From: Promethearchaeota archaeon
GTDB lineage: Archaea > Asgardarchaeota > Lokiarchaeia > Sigyniarchaeales > SOKP01
Length of the DNA stretch: 64,000 bases
NCBI GenBank assembly: GCA_019058295.1
Contig: JAHPZI010000028.1
Span: 139,715 to 203,714 of the forward strand
Reading direction: 5' to 3'
Positions 9,521 to 19,406 of the stretch are shown here, one piece after another (the stretch's first letter is position 1; every line of letters begins with the position of its first letter). The notes below the pieces were generated by a model, which was given only the letters and a program-made list of their open reading frames with translations, was not told the DNA's origin and ran no database searches. A program made the position numbers and the translations under genes.

Positions 9521-10975
9521 TTATTCACCCCCTCCTTCTAGATTTTTAATTTTATTTAATAAATCCTCCTTCTGAGACTCCATTTCTTTTAATTTATCAT
9601 TTAAAGATTTAAAAGTGGCTTCAATTTCAGATGATGATGAATCATAATTCGATAAAAATTCTTGTGTTTCATTACGGTAATCAGTAAATTTATTTAATAT
9701 ATTAGCTATTTTTTCTTTTAAATTGCTTTCAATTTTTCCACAAAATCCCCTTAATTTTTCTGAAGTTAACCTTTCTAAAGATTTAGTCTTTTCAGATATT
9801 TTTTCTAAAGATAATCTTTGTTGAGCTAAACTTTCTGAAGAGAGTTTATTTTTTTGATTAATTTCTGTCAATTTATTTGAATTTTCAGCGAAATTTTCAC
9901 TAATTTTATTTAATAAACCATTGACGTTTTGTTCAAATAATTCATTTATCTGTGTAGGGAGTTCTTCTTTTAATTTTTCAATAAAATTTTTTGCAATTTC
10001 ATTGTTTTTATCAAAATTTTCAAACTGATCACCTATATAGGTCTCAAGATCATCTAGCTTATATTTTAATGAGAATTTAAAATTATTCTGAAGCTTATCA
10101 ATTCCTTTCCTTAAATCATCTTTTAAATCAACTAAATCATCTCTAATTTGAATATTATTTTCCATTATATTTTTTATAATCTCTTGGCTCCAAGAGTTTA
10201 AAAAATTTATTAGTGGTTCAATAGATAATTGTAAAAATTGCGAAATTCCATTATGTAAAGCTGAGAGAATATCTTCTAAATTTAATTGGGGCTTAGCCGC
10301 TAATAATTCCCTTTTGCTTGGAAAGAAAATCTCGCCGAAAAGATCAGGGGTTTCGTTAATCTCCAAAATTGGGGGTTCTTTTGAGTGAATACAATTAATT
10401 AATTCCATTATTTTAAAGTAATAATCTATACTGTCAGGAGGTTCTACAATAGTTTCTACCTCATGATAATCTGATTTTTGACCCTTGGACGGATCATCAA
10501 GTCTAAAAGTTCTAAAACCTAAATCTCCCTGATTTTCTAAAAAAGTATGATCAAAAACTATGCCTATAGCGCTAGGATTTGGAGTTTGCCAACCCAGCTG
10601 ATTTATTTTGTCTACTCCCGAGAAAAAAATGTTTAACCCAGGATGTGAATGGAACCAACCAACACTGAAAAGCCCCTTATCAGCGTATTTTTCATCTATT
10701 AGAGCAAAAGACACATAATCTTCAGGAGCAAAAGCAACCTCAATCGAACCGCCATGCGAAATTGGCACAGCATCTTCAACAATTATATTTTTAATGCCCC
10801 TTTTATTTGGTTCACCTTCAAGGCGTCCAATAAGTATTCCCATTACTTCCTTGTATTGTCTCTGATCTCTTACTCTATTACCAAATCGCAATATATGGAC
10901 GAGCATTTTGTAATAGGCAAGTGGTTTGATAAGGACGGACCTATCGCTCTCTTGATGACGTTTACTCAAATTCAT
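9521..10975 (-). CDS. MPN+/JAMM metalloprotease (Rpn11/CSN5-like) with long coiled-coil C-terminus
   Basis: LAYYKMLVH...EVMGILIG; GWFHSHPGLNIFFSGVD. Confidence 0.88.
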   Translation of the reverse strand: MNLSKRHQESDRSVLIKPLAYYKMLVHILRFGNRVRDQRQYKEVMGILIGRLEGEPNKRGIKNIIVEDAVPISHGGSIEVAFAPEDYVSFALIDEKYADKGLFSVGWFHSHPGLNIFFSGVDKINQLGWQTPNPSAIGIVFDHTFLENQGDLGFRTFRLDDPSKGQKSDYHEVETIVEPPDSIDYYFKIMELINCIHSKEPPILEINETPDLFGEIFFPSKRELLAAKPQLNLEDILSALHNGISQFLQLSIEPLINFLNSWSQEIIKNIMENNIQIRDDLVDLKDDLRKGIDKLQNNFKFSLKYKLDDLETYIGDQFENFDKNNEIAKNFIEKLKEELPTQINELFEQNVNGLLNKISENFAENSNKLTEINQKNKLSSESLAQQRLSLEKISEKTKSLERLTSEKLRGFCGKIESNLKEKIANILNKFTDYRNETQEFLSNYDSSSSEIEATFKSLNDKLKEMESQKEDLLNKIKNLEGGGE

Positions 10976-11081
10976 TCACTTTTTTTTAAAATTTAGATTT
11001 GTTAATTCTTATTATTAATATAATTTAACGATTTTAAAATACTATTTATAGAATAAAAAAGAGTAAAATTTTTCCTAAATA

Positions 11082-11774
11082 TTAATGCTTATGAGGTATT
11101 TCGCGACCGCAGTCTGGACAATATTTAGGAATCAAATTTTTACCGCAATAAGGGCAAAATTCTGATGATTTTTCACTAACTTCCTCTGTCGAAACTACAG
11201 CAGATGATTTTTCACTAACTTTTTCTGTCGAAACTTCAGCAGATGCAGGAGTTTCTTGAGGAGTACCTCCTGGAATTGAAGGTAATTTTCTTTTTGTTTT
11301 TATAGTAGATGAAGCAGATGCCTGTTCTTCTTTTGCTCTTTCAGCAGCCACTCTTTCTTTAAATGCTTTTCGCTGTTCTTCTAACTTCTCCTCTTGAGTT
11401 TGTTCACCTTCTTGTTTCACCCAACCAGGACCCTTAAAAGCACCTTTGATCTCACTTTGAGGTACTTTTTCTAATTCAACTTTTTTCGTTTCAGCAACAG
11501 GTGCAACAGCTCTTTTTTCTTGTTTTTTACTAATTGCTTGTTTTATTAACGCTTGAGTTGTTTTCATAATTTGGTGTGGGTTTATATTTGGTAGCGTAAT
11601 AGTTCGTAGGACCCAGCCAACAATATAATTCTGATTTGGAAAGTCTCCATCTCCCATTTCAGCATCTTTATATACATAAGAATCGATTACGTCCTTACCT
11701 TTAAGAAGGCGAGACGCCCAGCGTTTATTTATAAGTCCCAGTTGTAATCGATAAGAAGTACCTGAAATTCCCAA
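11082..11774 (-). CDS. Hypothetical protein with low-complexity linker and C-terminal zinc ribbon (probable start ATT at 11810)
   Basis: CPYCG...CPDCG; AAGGTGA ribosome-binding site upstream of an in-frame ATT. Confidence 0.75.
   Translation of the reverse strand: MGISGTSYRLQLGLINKRWASRLLKGKDVIDSYVYKDAEMGDGDFPNQNYIVGWVLRTITLPNINPHQIMKTTQALIKQAISKKQEKRAVAPVAETKKVELEKVPQSEIKGAFKGPGWVKQEGEQTQEEKLEEQRKAFKERVAAERAKEEQASASSTIKTKRKLPSIPGGTPQETPASAEVSTEKVSEKSSAVVSTEEVSEKSSEFCPYCGKNLIPKYCPDCGREIPHKH
11164..11241. repeat. Two-copy 39-nt coding tandem repeat (AxVSTExVSEKSS)
   Basis: gatgatttttcactaactt..tctgtcgaaact.cagca starts at both 11164 and 11203. Confidence 0.8.
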
Positions 11775-11972
11775 CTGGGATGATAAGGGGATGAAACCTT
11801 GTTCTGTAATGATATTTCACCTTATTATTATTGTAATATTTTGATTATGATTATTATAATAATTATAATTTTACTAATTTATAATTTTATATGCAAGAAA
11901 AAGCATAAATAGAAAAAGTTTTATTATGAATCAACAAGCTTAAAAATATAATAAAAAAACTCATAATAAAAA

Positions 11973-12929
11973 ATGACTGTAATTATCCCAAAAAAAGCTT
12001 ATTTAACTATCGTAGCAGCGTCTGTTAGATTTGCAAATCCTAAGATTCCCTTTGACGATTGGTTAGAAATATATGGTATTTTTACGGGAAAATCTTCCAA
12101 GAATGGTAAGGATTTAATAATTACTGAAGCATATAATATAACACACCAAGTAAAAAGGGAAGAGGATATAATAGACAAGGTATATTGGTCTGATGAAGAT
12201 TATATCTCATTTAGTATGATTGATGACGATGCTTTTTCAAGAGGCGAATATACAGTAGGATGGTACCATTCTCATCCTGGTCACAGAGTAATGATGACTA
12301 GTTTAGATATTCGCACTACAGCAACTTATCAACAATATAATCCTCTTGCAGTTTCTCTTGTATTTAATCCACAACGATTAACCAGACAAATTGAAGTTCC
12401 AGCAAGAAAAGGAGATCCCGAACTAAGATTGGATTGCGATCCCGGTTTTAAAATTTTTAGATTGGGCAATCCTGAAGATGTTGATTCAAATTACCATGAA
12501 GTATATGATTATAAGATTGATGGATTTGAAAGTGAAGAGCAATTAGTAGAATATGCTAAAAAGTTCGCTATAGAAATAACAGATTTATTTCCTAAAGATA
12601 ATGTTGTTGAATCATATAATAATTACGTCAATGATAAATTAAGACAATTAAACTCATTATTGATGGGAACTGAAGATTATTTGAAATCATTAGCTCGAAA
12701 AGATGAAAAAAGTAGGATCCCTGAAGTGTTAGAAAATCAAAAAAAAGAGATTAATAAATTTGTAGCAGAAACATATGTTAAAATAGAAAATATGAAAGAA
12801 TTCCTTGATTATCTCGAATATAAAGAAAAAGATGTTATCATTCCAAAAGTTAAGGACGTCTTATCCAATTGGGATGAAAATATAGCTAATTTAGATAAGA
12901 AATTAGATGAATTATCAAAAAAATTCTAA
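11973..12929 (+). CDS. MPN/JAMM domain protein with helical C-terminus
   Basis: LEIYGIF; GWYHSHPGHRVMMTSLD. Confidence 0.85.
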   Translation: MTVIIPKKAYLTIVAASVRFANPKIPFDDWLEIYGIFTGKSSKNGKDLIITEAYNITHQVKREEDIIDKVYWSDEDYISFSMIDDDAFSRGEYTVGWYHSHPGHRVMMTSLDIRTTATYQQYNPLAVSLVFNPQRLTRQIEVPARKGDPELRLDCDPGFKIFRLGNPEDVDSNYHEVYDYKIDGFESEEQLVEYAKKFAIEITDLFPKDNVVESYNNYVNDKLRQLNSLLMGTEDYLKSLARKDEKSRIPEVLENQKKEINKFVAETYVKIENMKEFLDYLEYKEKDVIIPKVKDVLSNWDENIANLDKKLDELSKKF

Positions 12930-13053
12930 ATTACTTAAAATCAGTTTTTTATTCTCAAAATCAGTAGTTTCTAACTTTAAAAAATCATAATAATATTTTT
13001 AATAATTGGTTTGTACCAAAAATCTTTTAATTCCTTTTATTTTACTACTTACA

Positions 13054-15264
13054 ATGAAAAAGATTAATTTTCCCTTCACAGCGATATTAGGACAAGATAA
13101 AATGAAGATGGGTTTAATTTTAAACGTTATAGACCCACAAATAGGAGGAGTTCTTTTAACAGGACATCAAGGGACGGGTAAGTCTACGGCTGTAAGGTCT
13201 TTAGTAGAAGTTATGCCAAAAATAGAAGTTATCGAAGATTGCCAATTTTCTTGTGATCCAGCATCAAATATTGATGATCTTTGTGCTTCTTGCCGCCAGA
13301 AAAAAAAGGAAGATAAATTAAAAACTTATGTACGCAATATGAGAATCGTTAATCTTCCTCTTGGTGTAACAGAAGATATGGTATGTGGGAGTTTATCAAT
13401 TGATAAAGTTCTTACAGAAGGAACTTCTGAACTTCATTCAGGCTTATTAGCTAAAGCTAATCGTGGTATTTTATATGTTGATGAAATAAATCTTTTACAA
13501 GACCATATAGTTGACGTTCTGTTGGATGCCGCAGCGTCAGGGATCAATATAATAGAGCGCGAGGGAATATCAGTTTCTCATCCATCTCGATTTGTTTTAG
13601 TAGGTTCGATGAACCCTGAAGAAGGGGAATTAAGACCACAGATCGCAGATAGGTTAGGTTTAGAAGTTAAAATAAAGGCACCGAGAGATCCTACATTGCG
13701 GGCCGAAATTACGAAAAGAGTAATAGAATTTGACGATAATCCAAAGGATTTTATTGAGAAATATGAAGAAGAGCAAGAAAAATTAAGGCAAAAAATACTT
13801 AATGCGAGAAAGATCATTAGTACGGTTGAAATTCCAGCGCGTATTTACGAATTAGTATCGAAAATTGTTAATGATCTTGGAATTTTTTCACAAAGAGCAG
13901 ATATTACATTCATTAGATGTGCTAGGGCGAACGCTGCTTTAAATGGTAGACAGAGGATTGAACAAGAGGATCTCAATGTTGCAATGGATTTAGTATTCGA
14001 ACATCGAATAGCGTCATTACATTATGAAATGACACCTAATGAAATAAAAGCGAAAATTGCCGAAGTTTATGGAAAAATTGAAGAAGCTATTGAAGATCCA
14101 GAAGTATATAAATCAAATCCCGAGACTGAAGGACCTTTAAAGCACGATGATACTCCTCAAGAAGAATTTAAGCGACAATCTATTGATCCTGATAAAGTGG
14201 ATGTTGGGGAAACAAAAGAACAAAAATACCCTCCTCCTAAATATCCAGATAAGAAAAAGAGAAAAGCAAAACCAGCAGGAGGTTGGAAAGTTAAAGATAT
14301 ACCGTTTGAAGAAGCGGATGATTTTAATTTATCAGATGATGATTTTGATATAACATCATTTATTTATAGAATGGAAAAGAAAATGACTTCTATTTTAGAT
14401 AATATTCGCAGAGAACGTAGAGTTTCTGATTATGGAGGTCGGGGAATTGGTCGTAGAATTAAAATAGCATCGTCTCAAAAAGGAAGGTATGTATCATATC
14501 GGACTCCTAGAGGTCAGCGACCAAAAAGTATAGCTTTAGATGCGACAATTAGGAACTACTTAAAAAATATTGTGTACAATCAAACGGAAATTAGCTTTCC
14601 AATTCGATTTAATAAATATGATTTAATGGATAAAATCTATGAATATCGAGCACCATTAGCGCTATTTTTTGTTCTTGACAGTTCTGCGTCTATGTACTAT
14701 GTTATTAAACAAATGACTGATGTTATTTTATCTTTACAAAAGGAAGGATATAGAAAAAGAGATAAAATTTGCCTTATAATCTTTAGAGGCAAAGAGGCAG
14801 TTGTCTTGCAGAAACCGACTGTCATTTTTAAATATGCTTTAAATAAATTAAAAAAAATAGAGGGAAAATCATATACACCAATGGCAGCTGCCTTAAGGAA
14901 AGTTATGGATTTAATAAAGGCAGAGAAAATGAAAAATAAAAATATTGTTCCTGTAATTTTTATTTGTTCAGACTGTGGTGCTAATATTTCTGCGAAATAT
15001 CCTGAGTTAATTGCTCAAATTGAAAGTGATTATGCTATAATTATTCAGGAATTAAAAGAATTGACCAAAAAGCTTTCAAAACAAAAAGTTCATATAGTTG
15101 TGTTAGAACCAAAAAAATCATACGCAACGCAGGCACTAGGTGTACATCCATATTCTGCTGATAAAATTAAGAAAAATTTCAAAAGGTATGGAGGAGCTGA
15201 GATATATAAATTTGATCGATATAATCCTTCATCGCTAATTTTAGAATTAAAAAAGATTCTTTAA
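13054..15264 (+). CDS. Mg/Co-chelatase ChlI/ChlD-like AAA+ ATPase with C-terminal VWA domain
   Basis: FPFTAILGQ, GHQGTGKST, LYVDEINLL, NPEEGELRPQ; VLDSSASM MIDAS motif, YTPM, CSDC. ATG at 13054 preferred over TTG at 13006. Confidence 0.88.
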   Translation: MKKINFPFTAILGQDKMKMGLILNVIDPQIGGVLLTGHQGTGKSTAVRSLVEVMPKIEVIEDCQFSCDPASNIDDLCASCRQKKKEDKLKTYVRNMRIVNLPLGVTEDMVCGSLSIDKVLTEGTSELHSGLLAKANRGILYVDEINLLQDHIVDVLLDAAASGINIIEREGISVSHPSRFVLVGSMNPEEGELRPQIADRLGLEVKIKAPRDPTLRAEITKRVIEFDDNPKDFIEKYEEEQEKLRQKILNARKIISTVEIPARIYELVSKIVNDLGIFSQRADITFIRCARANAALNGRQRIEQEDLNVAMDLVFEHRIASLHYEMTPNEIKAKIAEVYGKIEEAIEDPEVYKSNPETEGPLKHDDTPQEEFKRQSIDPDKVDVGETKEQKYPPPKYPDKKKRKAKPAGGWKVKDIPFEEADDFNLSDDDFDITSFIYRMEKKMTSILDNIRRERRVSDYGGRGIGRRIKIASSQKGRYVSYRTPRGQRPKSIALDATIRNYLKNIVYNQTEISFPIRFNKYDLMDKIYEYRAPLALFFVLDSSASMYYVIKQMTDVILSLQKEGYRKRDKICLIIFRGKEAVVLQKPTVIFKYALNKLKKIEGKSYTPMAAALRKVMDLIKAEKMKNKNIVPVIFICSDCGANISAKYPELIAQIESDYAIIIQELKELTKKLSKQKVHIVVLEPKKSYATQALGVHPYSADKIKKNFKRYGGAEIYKFDRYNPSSLILELKKIL

Positions 15265-15330
15265 TGATATATCTCGTTTCTAATATTTATTCTTTTAATC
15301 CTAATTTTAAGGTAATTTATTTAATTTTTT

Positions 15331-16275
15331 TTATTGTTTTTTTGCAAACTCTAAAGCTTTTTCGGTAGCCTCATTTAATAATTTTAGATGTCTTTTTCCG
15401 AATGATATTAATATTTTTCTATAAAGTCCAGGAATGAATCCTCGTAAAAACTGCATTGCTCTTCCATAGCGTCTCTCAAAAATATAAAGTTTTTTCTTTT
15501 TAATCTTTTTAATAAAACGTTTTACAGCTCGCTCTACGGGAAATCCCCCAGCAAAACCATGAGATAATCCTTGCTTTTTAGTGAATTCTTCCCAATAATG
15601 ACTTTTCCCTATTTTAAGTGCTTCTTGCATATCATCAGCATTAATTCCTTCCAATTTTTCAGGGGATATTCCAAATCCAACTGAATCAATTAAATTTGTT
15701 CTAATTGGAAAAGGACAAATCACAGACACGTCAATTCCTCTATGACTATATTCACTATAGAGTGATTCACAAAATCCTGCATTAGCAAATTTTGATGTAT
15801 TATATGGATTTAAGCCACCAACGCCTAAACTTCCCGCAATTGAAGCAGTCACGATAATATGACCAAATTTTTGTTCTAAAAATTTAGATATAAACGCTTT
15901 TACTACATAATACATGCCAAATAAATTGACATTTATAGTTTTCTCCCATTGGGCTTGAGTTATATCCTCAAATGGCCCTCCAGTAGCAATACCTGCGTTA
16001 GAAAATAAAAAATATATCTCTCCTAATTCTTTAATTGAAATTTTAGCTAAATTTCTTACTTGGGAATTTTTTGTCACATCACAATTAACTGAGATTACCT
16101 TTATAGGAAATTCTTCTAATTCTTTTCTTAGTAATTCTAACTTTTCCATATTGATATCAGAGATTACAAGATTACATCCATATTTTGCTAAGTTTAAAGC
16201 AAATTCTCGTCCAATACCACTGGCAGCTCCTGTTATAACAGCACTTTTTCCTTTAAAAAACTTCTTGCTTTTCAT
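15331..16275 (-). CDS. Short-chain dehydrogenase/reductase
   Basis: TGAASGIG, NAG, YNTSK. Confidence 0.92.
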   Translation of the reverse strand: MKSKKFFKGKSAVITGAASGIGREFALNLAKYGCNLVISDINMEKLELLRKELEEFPIKVISVNCDVTKNSQVRNLAKISIKELGEIYFLFSNAGIATGGPFEDITQAQWEKTINVNLFGMYYVVKAFISKFLEQKFGHIIVTASIAGSLGVGGLNPYNTSKFANAGFCESLYSEYSHRGIDVSVICPFPIRTNLIDSVGFGISPEKLEGINADDMQEALKIGKSHYWEEFTKKQGLSHGFAGGFPVERAVKRFIKKIKKKKLYIFERRYGRAMQFLRGFIPGLYRKILISFGKRHLKLLNEATEKALEFAKKQ

Positions 16276-16383
16276 TATTTTAATTCACTTGCTATTTCTA
16301 ACAATAAATTATAGAATTAAGGAGAATTTAATTAAATTAGCATAATAAATATTTCTTTAAATTCTCTATCTATTATTTTATTA

Positions 16384-17628
16384 ATGGCTAAAAATTCACG
16401 ATCCGTATTAGTCGTAGGATTCAATACTCGCCCTCTCACTTATTCTTTAAATAAGGCAGGATATGAGGTATATGCAGTTGATTTTTTTGGCGATTTAGAC
16501 TTATATCCAAATGTAAAAGATTGCCTAATCGTAATAAAAGAATTAGAAACTAATTATGATCTTTTAAGAAATAAGTATAGTATTTTTTTAGCTAATTTGA
16601 CAATCGAGATATTACAAAAATATCCAAATATAGAATATTTAATAATAGGGAGTGGTCTAGATGATGCTTTTGAGGAAAGGGAGGTGATTTTAAAGGAAAT
16701 AAAAAAATATCAATATTCTATAAAAAATTTAAATAACTCTATAGAATCAATTAAAAAAGCCAGAAATATCGAAATTGTGTATAATATTCTGTCATCAAAA
16801 GGATATAAAATCCCCCTTACCCTCCCGTATGAAAAACTCAAATCAAAAGAAAATGTGTTGAGATATCCGTTTATTGTAAAGAAAAAAACGGGAGCCGGAG
16901 GTATTAACGTTTATAAAATGGAAAATAAAAGCAGTTTATCCTCCTTTTTACATACACAAGAGGCGAAAGGTTTTAAAGCATCAGAGTGGCTAATTCAAGA
17001 ATTCAAAGAAGGTATCCCGGTTAGTTGTACAACAATTTCAAATGGAGAAGAATGCGAAGTGATTTCTATCAATAGACAAATTATTGGTTTAAAATTTCTA
17101 AATCCTCCTAAAGAATTTATGTATTGTGGCAATATTGTTCCTGCTTATTTATTTAAAGAAGATGAGGAATTAATTTCTGAAATTTCAATAATTTTAACTA
17201 AAGAACTCGGATTAAAAGGGATTAATGGATTTGATTATGTGTTAAAAAATCATTATCCTTATCTAATGGAGATTAATCCAAGAATTCCCGGTTCAATTAA
17301 TGTTTCGGGAGCTGTCCTTGATCTAAACTTATTGGATTTGTATATTAAAAGTTTTGATGGAAGTAAATGGGACTATATTAAAAAAAAACTTAATTTAACT
17401 CAATCTCAAGGATTTGCAACCAAATTAATTATGTTTGCTCCTAAAGAAATATATAGAGATAAAATACAACAAATAAATCAATTTGAAAACATACACGATA
17501 AAACTGAGCCAAAAATTATATCTAAAGGTGAACCTATATGTACAATATTATATAAAGATAAGAACTTTTCAAGATCTTTTTTTGGAGCCTTAAAAATTGC
17601 GGATGAAATAAAGAAAATCATTGGTTAA
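16384..17628 (+). CDS. ATP-grasp domain protein (archaeal COG2232-like carboligase)
   Basis: VDFFGDLD, KKKTGAGG, IQEFKEG, EINPR. Confidence 0.85.
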   Translation: MAKNSRSVLVVGFNTRPLTYSLNKAGYEVYAVDFFGDLDLYPNVKDCLIVIKELETNYDLLRNKYSIFLANLTIEILQKYPNIEYLIIGSGLDDAFEEREVILKEIKKYQYSIKNLNNSIESIKKARNIEIVYNILSSKGYKIPLTLPYEKLKSKENVLRYPFIVKKKTGAGGINVYKMENKSSLSSFLHTQEAKGFKASEWLIQEFKEGIPVSCTTISNGEECEVISINRQIIGLKFLNPPKEFMYCGNIVPAYLFKEDEELISEISIILTKELGLKGINGFDYVLKNHYPYLMEINPRIPGSINVSGAVLDLNLLDLYIKSFDGSKWDYIKKKLNLTQSQGFATKLIMFAPKEIYRDKIQQINQFENIHDKTEPKIISKGEPICTILYKDKNFSRSFFGALKIADEIKKIIG

Positions 17629-17796
17629 TAGAGTAATTAAAAGGATATTCATAATAAAAAAATTATTAGACTAATTAAAATATACAAATAGGCTATTAAG
17701 ATCTTTTTTCTCAATAGTAATACTAAAAATTAAATTTTAATAAGAATTGAATATATATAATTTAGAGAAAAAAAGTTATTTTCAAAAAACCTAATC

Positions 17797-18621
17797 ATGG
17801 AAGTAAATGGAGATAAAGAAAAACTCTTAAGAGATACAATAGAGGATATAAAAAAAACCATCGCTCTTAAAGAAGATCAATTAAGCACTATTAATTCTAC
17901 CTTGGTCCTTAAGGATGCGCAAATAAAGACGTTAGAAGACTCGTTAAAAGTTAAAGAAGAAAAAATTGCCGCTTTAGAAAAGACTGTAAAATTAAAAGAA
18001 GATGAATTAAAATCGACGGCAGGCTCAGCAGTTGATGAAGAAATACTAATAGAAAAAGACAAGAAAATTGAAGAACTTCAAAAAGAGATTGAAATATTAA
18101 ACGATGAGTTAAATAAATCAGACGAAGTAATCGAGCAGTTAGAATTAGAAAAAGAAAAATTAGAGGAAAAGGAAAAAAATTCCAAATCCTCAGATTCGAA
18201 AATTATTGACTTTACAAATATTTCTATTAGCGTATCTGAGATTATTGAAAAAATGCGCGAAATTTTACAAAAAGCAATGCATAACGTAACAATTGCCGTT
18301 CCTAATATAACAGATTTACAAGATTTACATCTTTATGAAGTTAGGTCGTCGGTTAATATGAAAATATCTTGTGAAATTAATCCTGGAATTGAGGAAAACG
18401 CTGATTTATTGGATGAATATGAAAGCCTCGACAATATCTCTCTGAGAAATTTTGAGGGAAGCGATAGATATATTATAATAAGAGATGGTGAAGAGTTAAT
18501 GATTGGAGTTATTGGAAAAAACGATAATAATCATCTAGTCTTTCACACAAGTGATCCTTCTCATATAAAACTCTTTAATTCTCTCGTAATGGAAGGTTGG
18601 CTGAGATCACGTAAGATTTAG
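17797..18621 (+). CDS. Coiled-coil protein with C-terminal TrmB-effector/PLD-like alpha-beta domain
   Basis: Heptad-rich N-terminal half; MREILQKAMHNVTIAVP...IIRDGEELMIG. Confidence 0.6.
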   Translation: MEVNGDKEKLLRDTIEDIKKTIALKEDQLSTINSTLVLKDAQIKTLEDSLKVKEEKIAALEKTVKLKEDELKSTAGSAVDEEILIEKDKKIEELQKEIEILNDELNKSDEVIEQLELEKEKLEEKEKNSKSSDSKIIDFTNISISVSEIIEKMREILQKAMHNVTIAVPNITDLQDLHLYEVRSSVNMKISCEINPGIEENADLLDEYESLDNISLRNFEGSDRYIIIRDGEELMIGVIGKNDNNHLVFHTSDPSHIKLFNSLVMEGWLRSRKI

Positions 18622-18666
18622 CTTCCTACAAAAATATTTTAAATCTAATTTTGTATTAATTTATTT

Positions 18667-19386
18667 TCAAGTGAAAATTGGACAATTAATCTTTTCACAT
18701 CTGTCATTAATACCCGAAAATCTACACTTTATTGGTTCGTAATTTAAAACAATATCAAATTTCTCTTTTAAGAACTTTAATGTTTCAATAATAGATATTT
18801 TTACAGATCTTTTACAGCAATGTTCTAGATTATCTGCGATTTTAGCTAATACTTTTGATGTCATTTGATTTGCTAGTGTTCTTTCTTTATCTTTTGACGG
18901 AGTAGCTCCTGTAAATATACTAATAGCAATCCCAGCGCCCATACCAGCACCACATGTGCCATAAAAACCACACCACCCCCCAGGTATTTTGGATGCTCTT
19001 TTAATTGCCTCTTTAATATCCATAAAGGTTATATCGTCCCCGTTGGGTTTTTTTACATCATTATTTTTTAAAGCTGTTAATATAACTGCTGGGGTTAACA
19101 CATGATGTTCAGGGCCATAAACTTTAAAATTATTATGCATCATAATCTTATCAGCTATTTCAAAAGGATTTTTTAAATCTGTATTTTCACAAAATCTTGT
19201 TATTATTTCGATTGGAACATTGGAATGGCATGAATCGCATATATAATGACCATTTGGGCAATAGATATTTACAACATCCCGTTTTAAACAGAATTCACAT
19301 TGAAGTTCTTTTCGATCATCTAATTGAGTTGCGTAGACTAACTCATGACCACAAATTTCGCATTTATCCTTCTTTTTTTCTGACAT
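18667..19386 (-). CDS. Cys-rich DUF5714-like protein
   Basis: CPNGHYICDSCH, GPEHH, PGGWCGFYGTCGAG, CCKR. Confidence 0.7.
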   Translation of the reverse strand: MSEKKKDKCEICGHELVYATQLDDRKELQCEFCLKRDVVNIYCPNGHYICDSCHSNVPIEIITRFCENTDLKNPFEIADKIMMHNNFKVYGPEHHVLTPAVILTALKNNDVKKPNGDDITFMDIKEAIKRASKIPGGWCGFYGTCGAGMGAGIAISIFTGATPSKDKERTLANQMTSKVLAKIADNLEHCCKRSVKISIIETLKFLKEKFDIVLNYEPIKCRFSGINDRCEKINCPIFT

Positions 19387-19406
19387 TATTAAATTTACTC
19401 TTTTAA

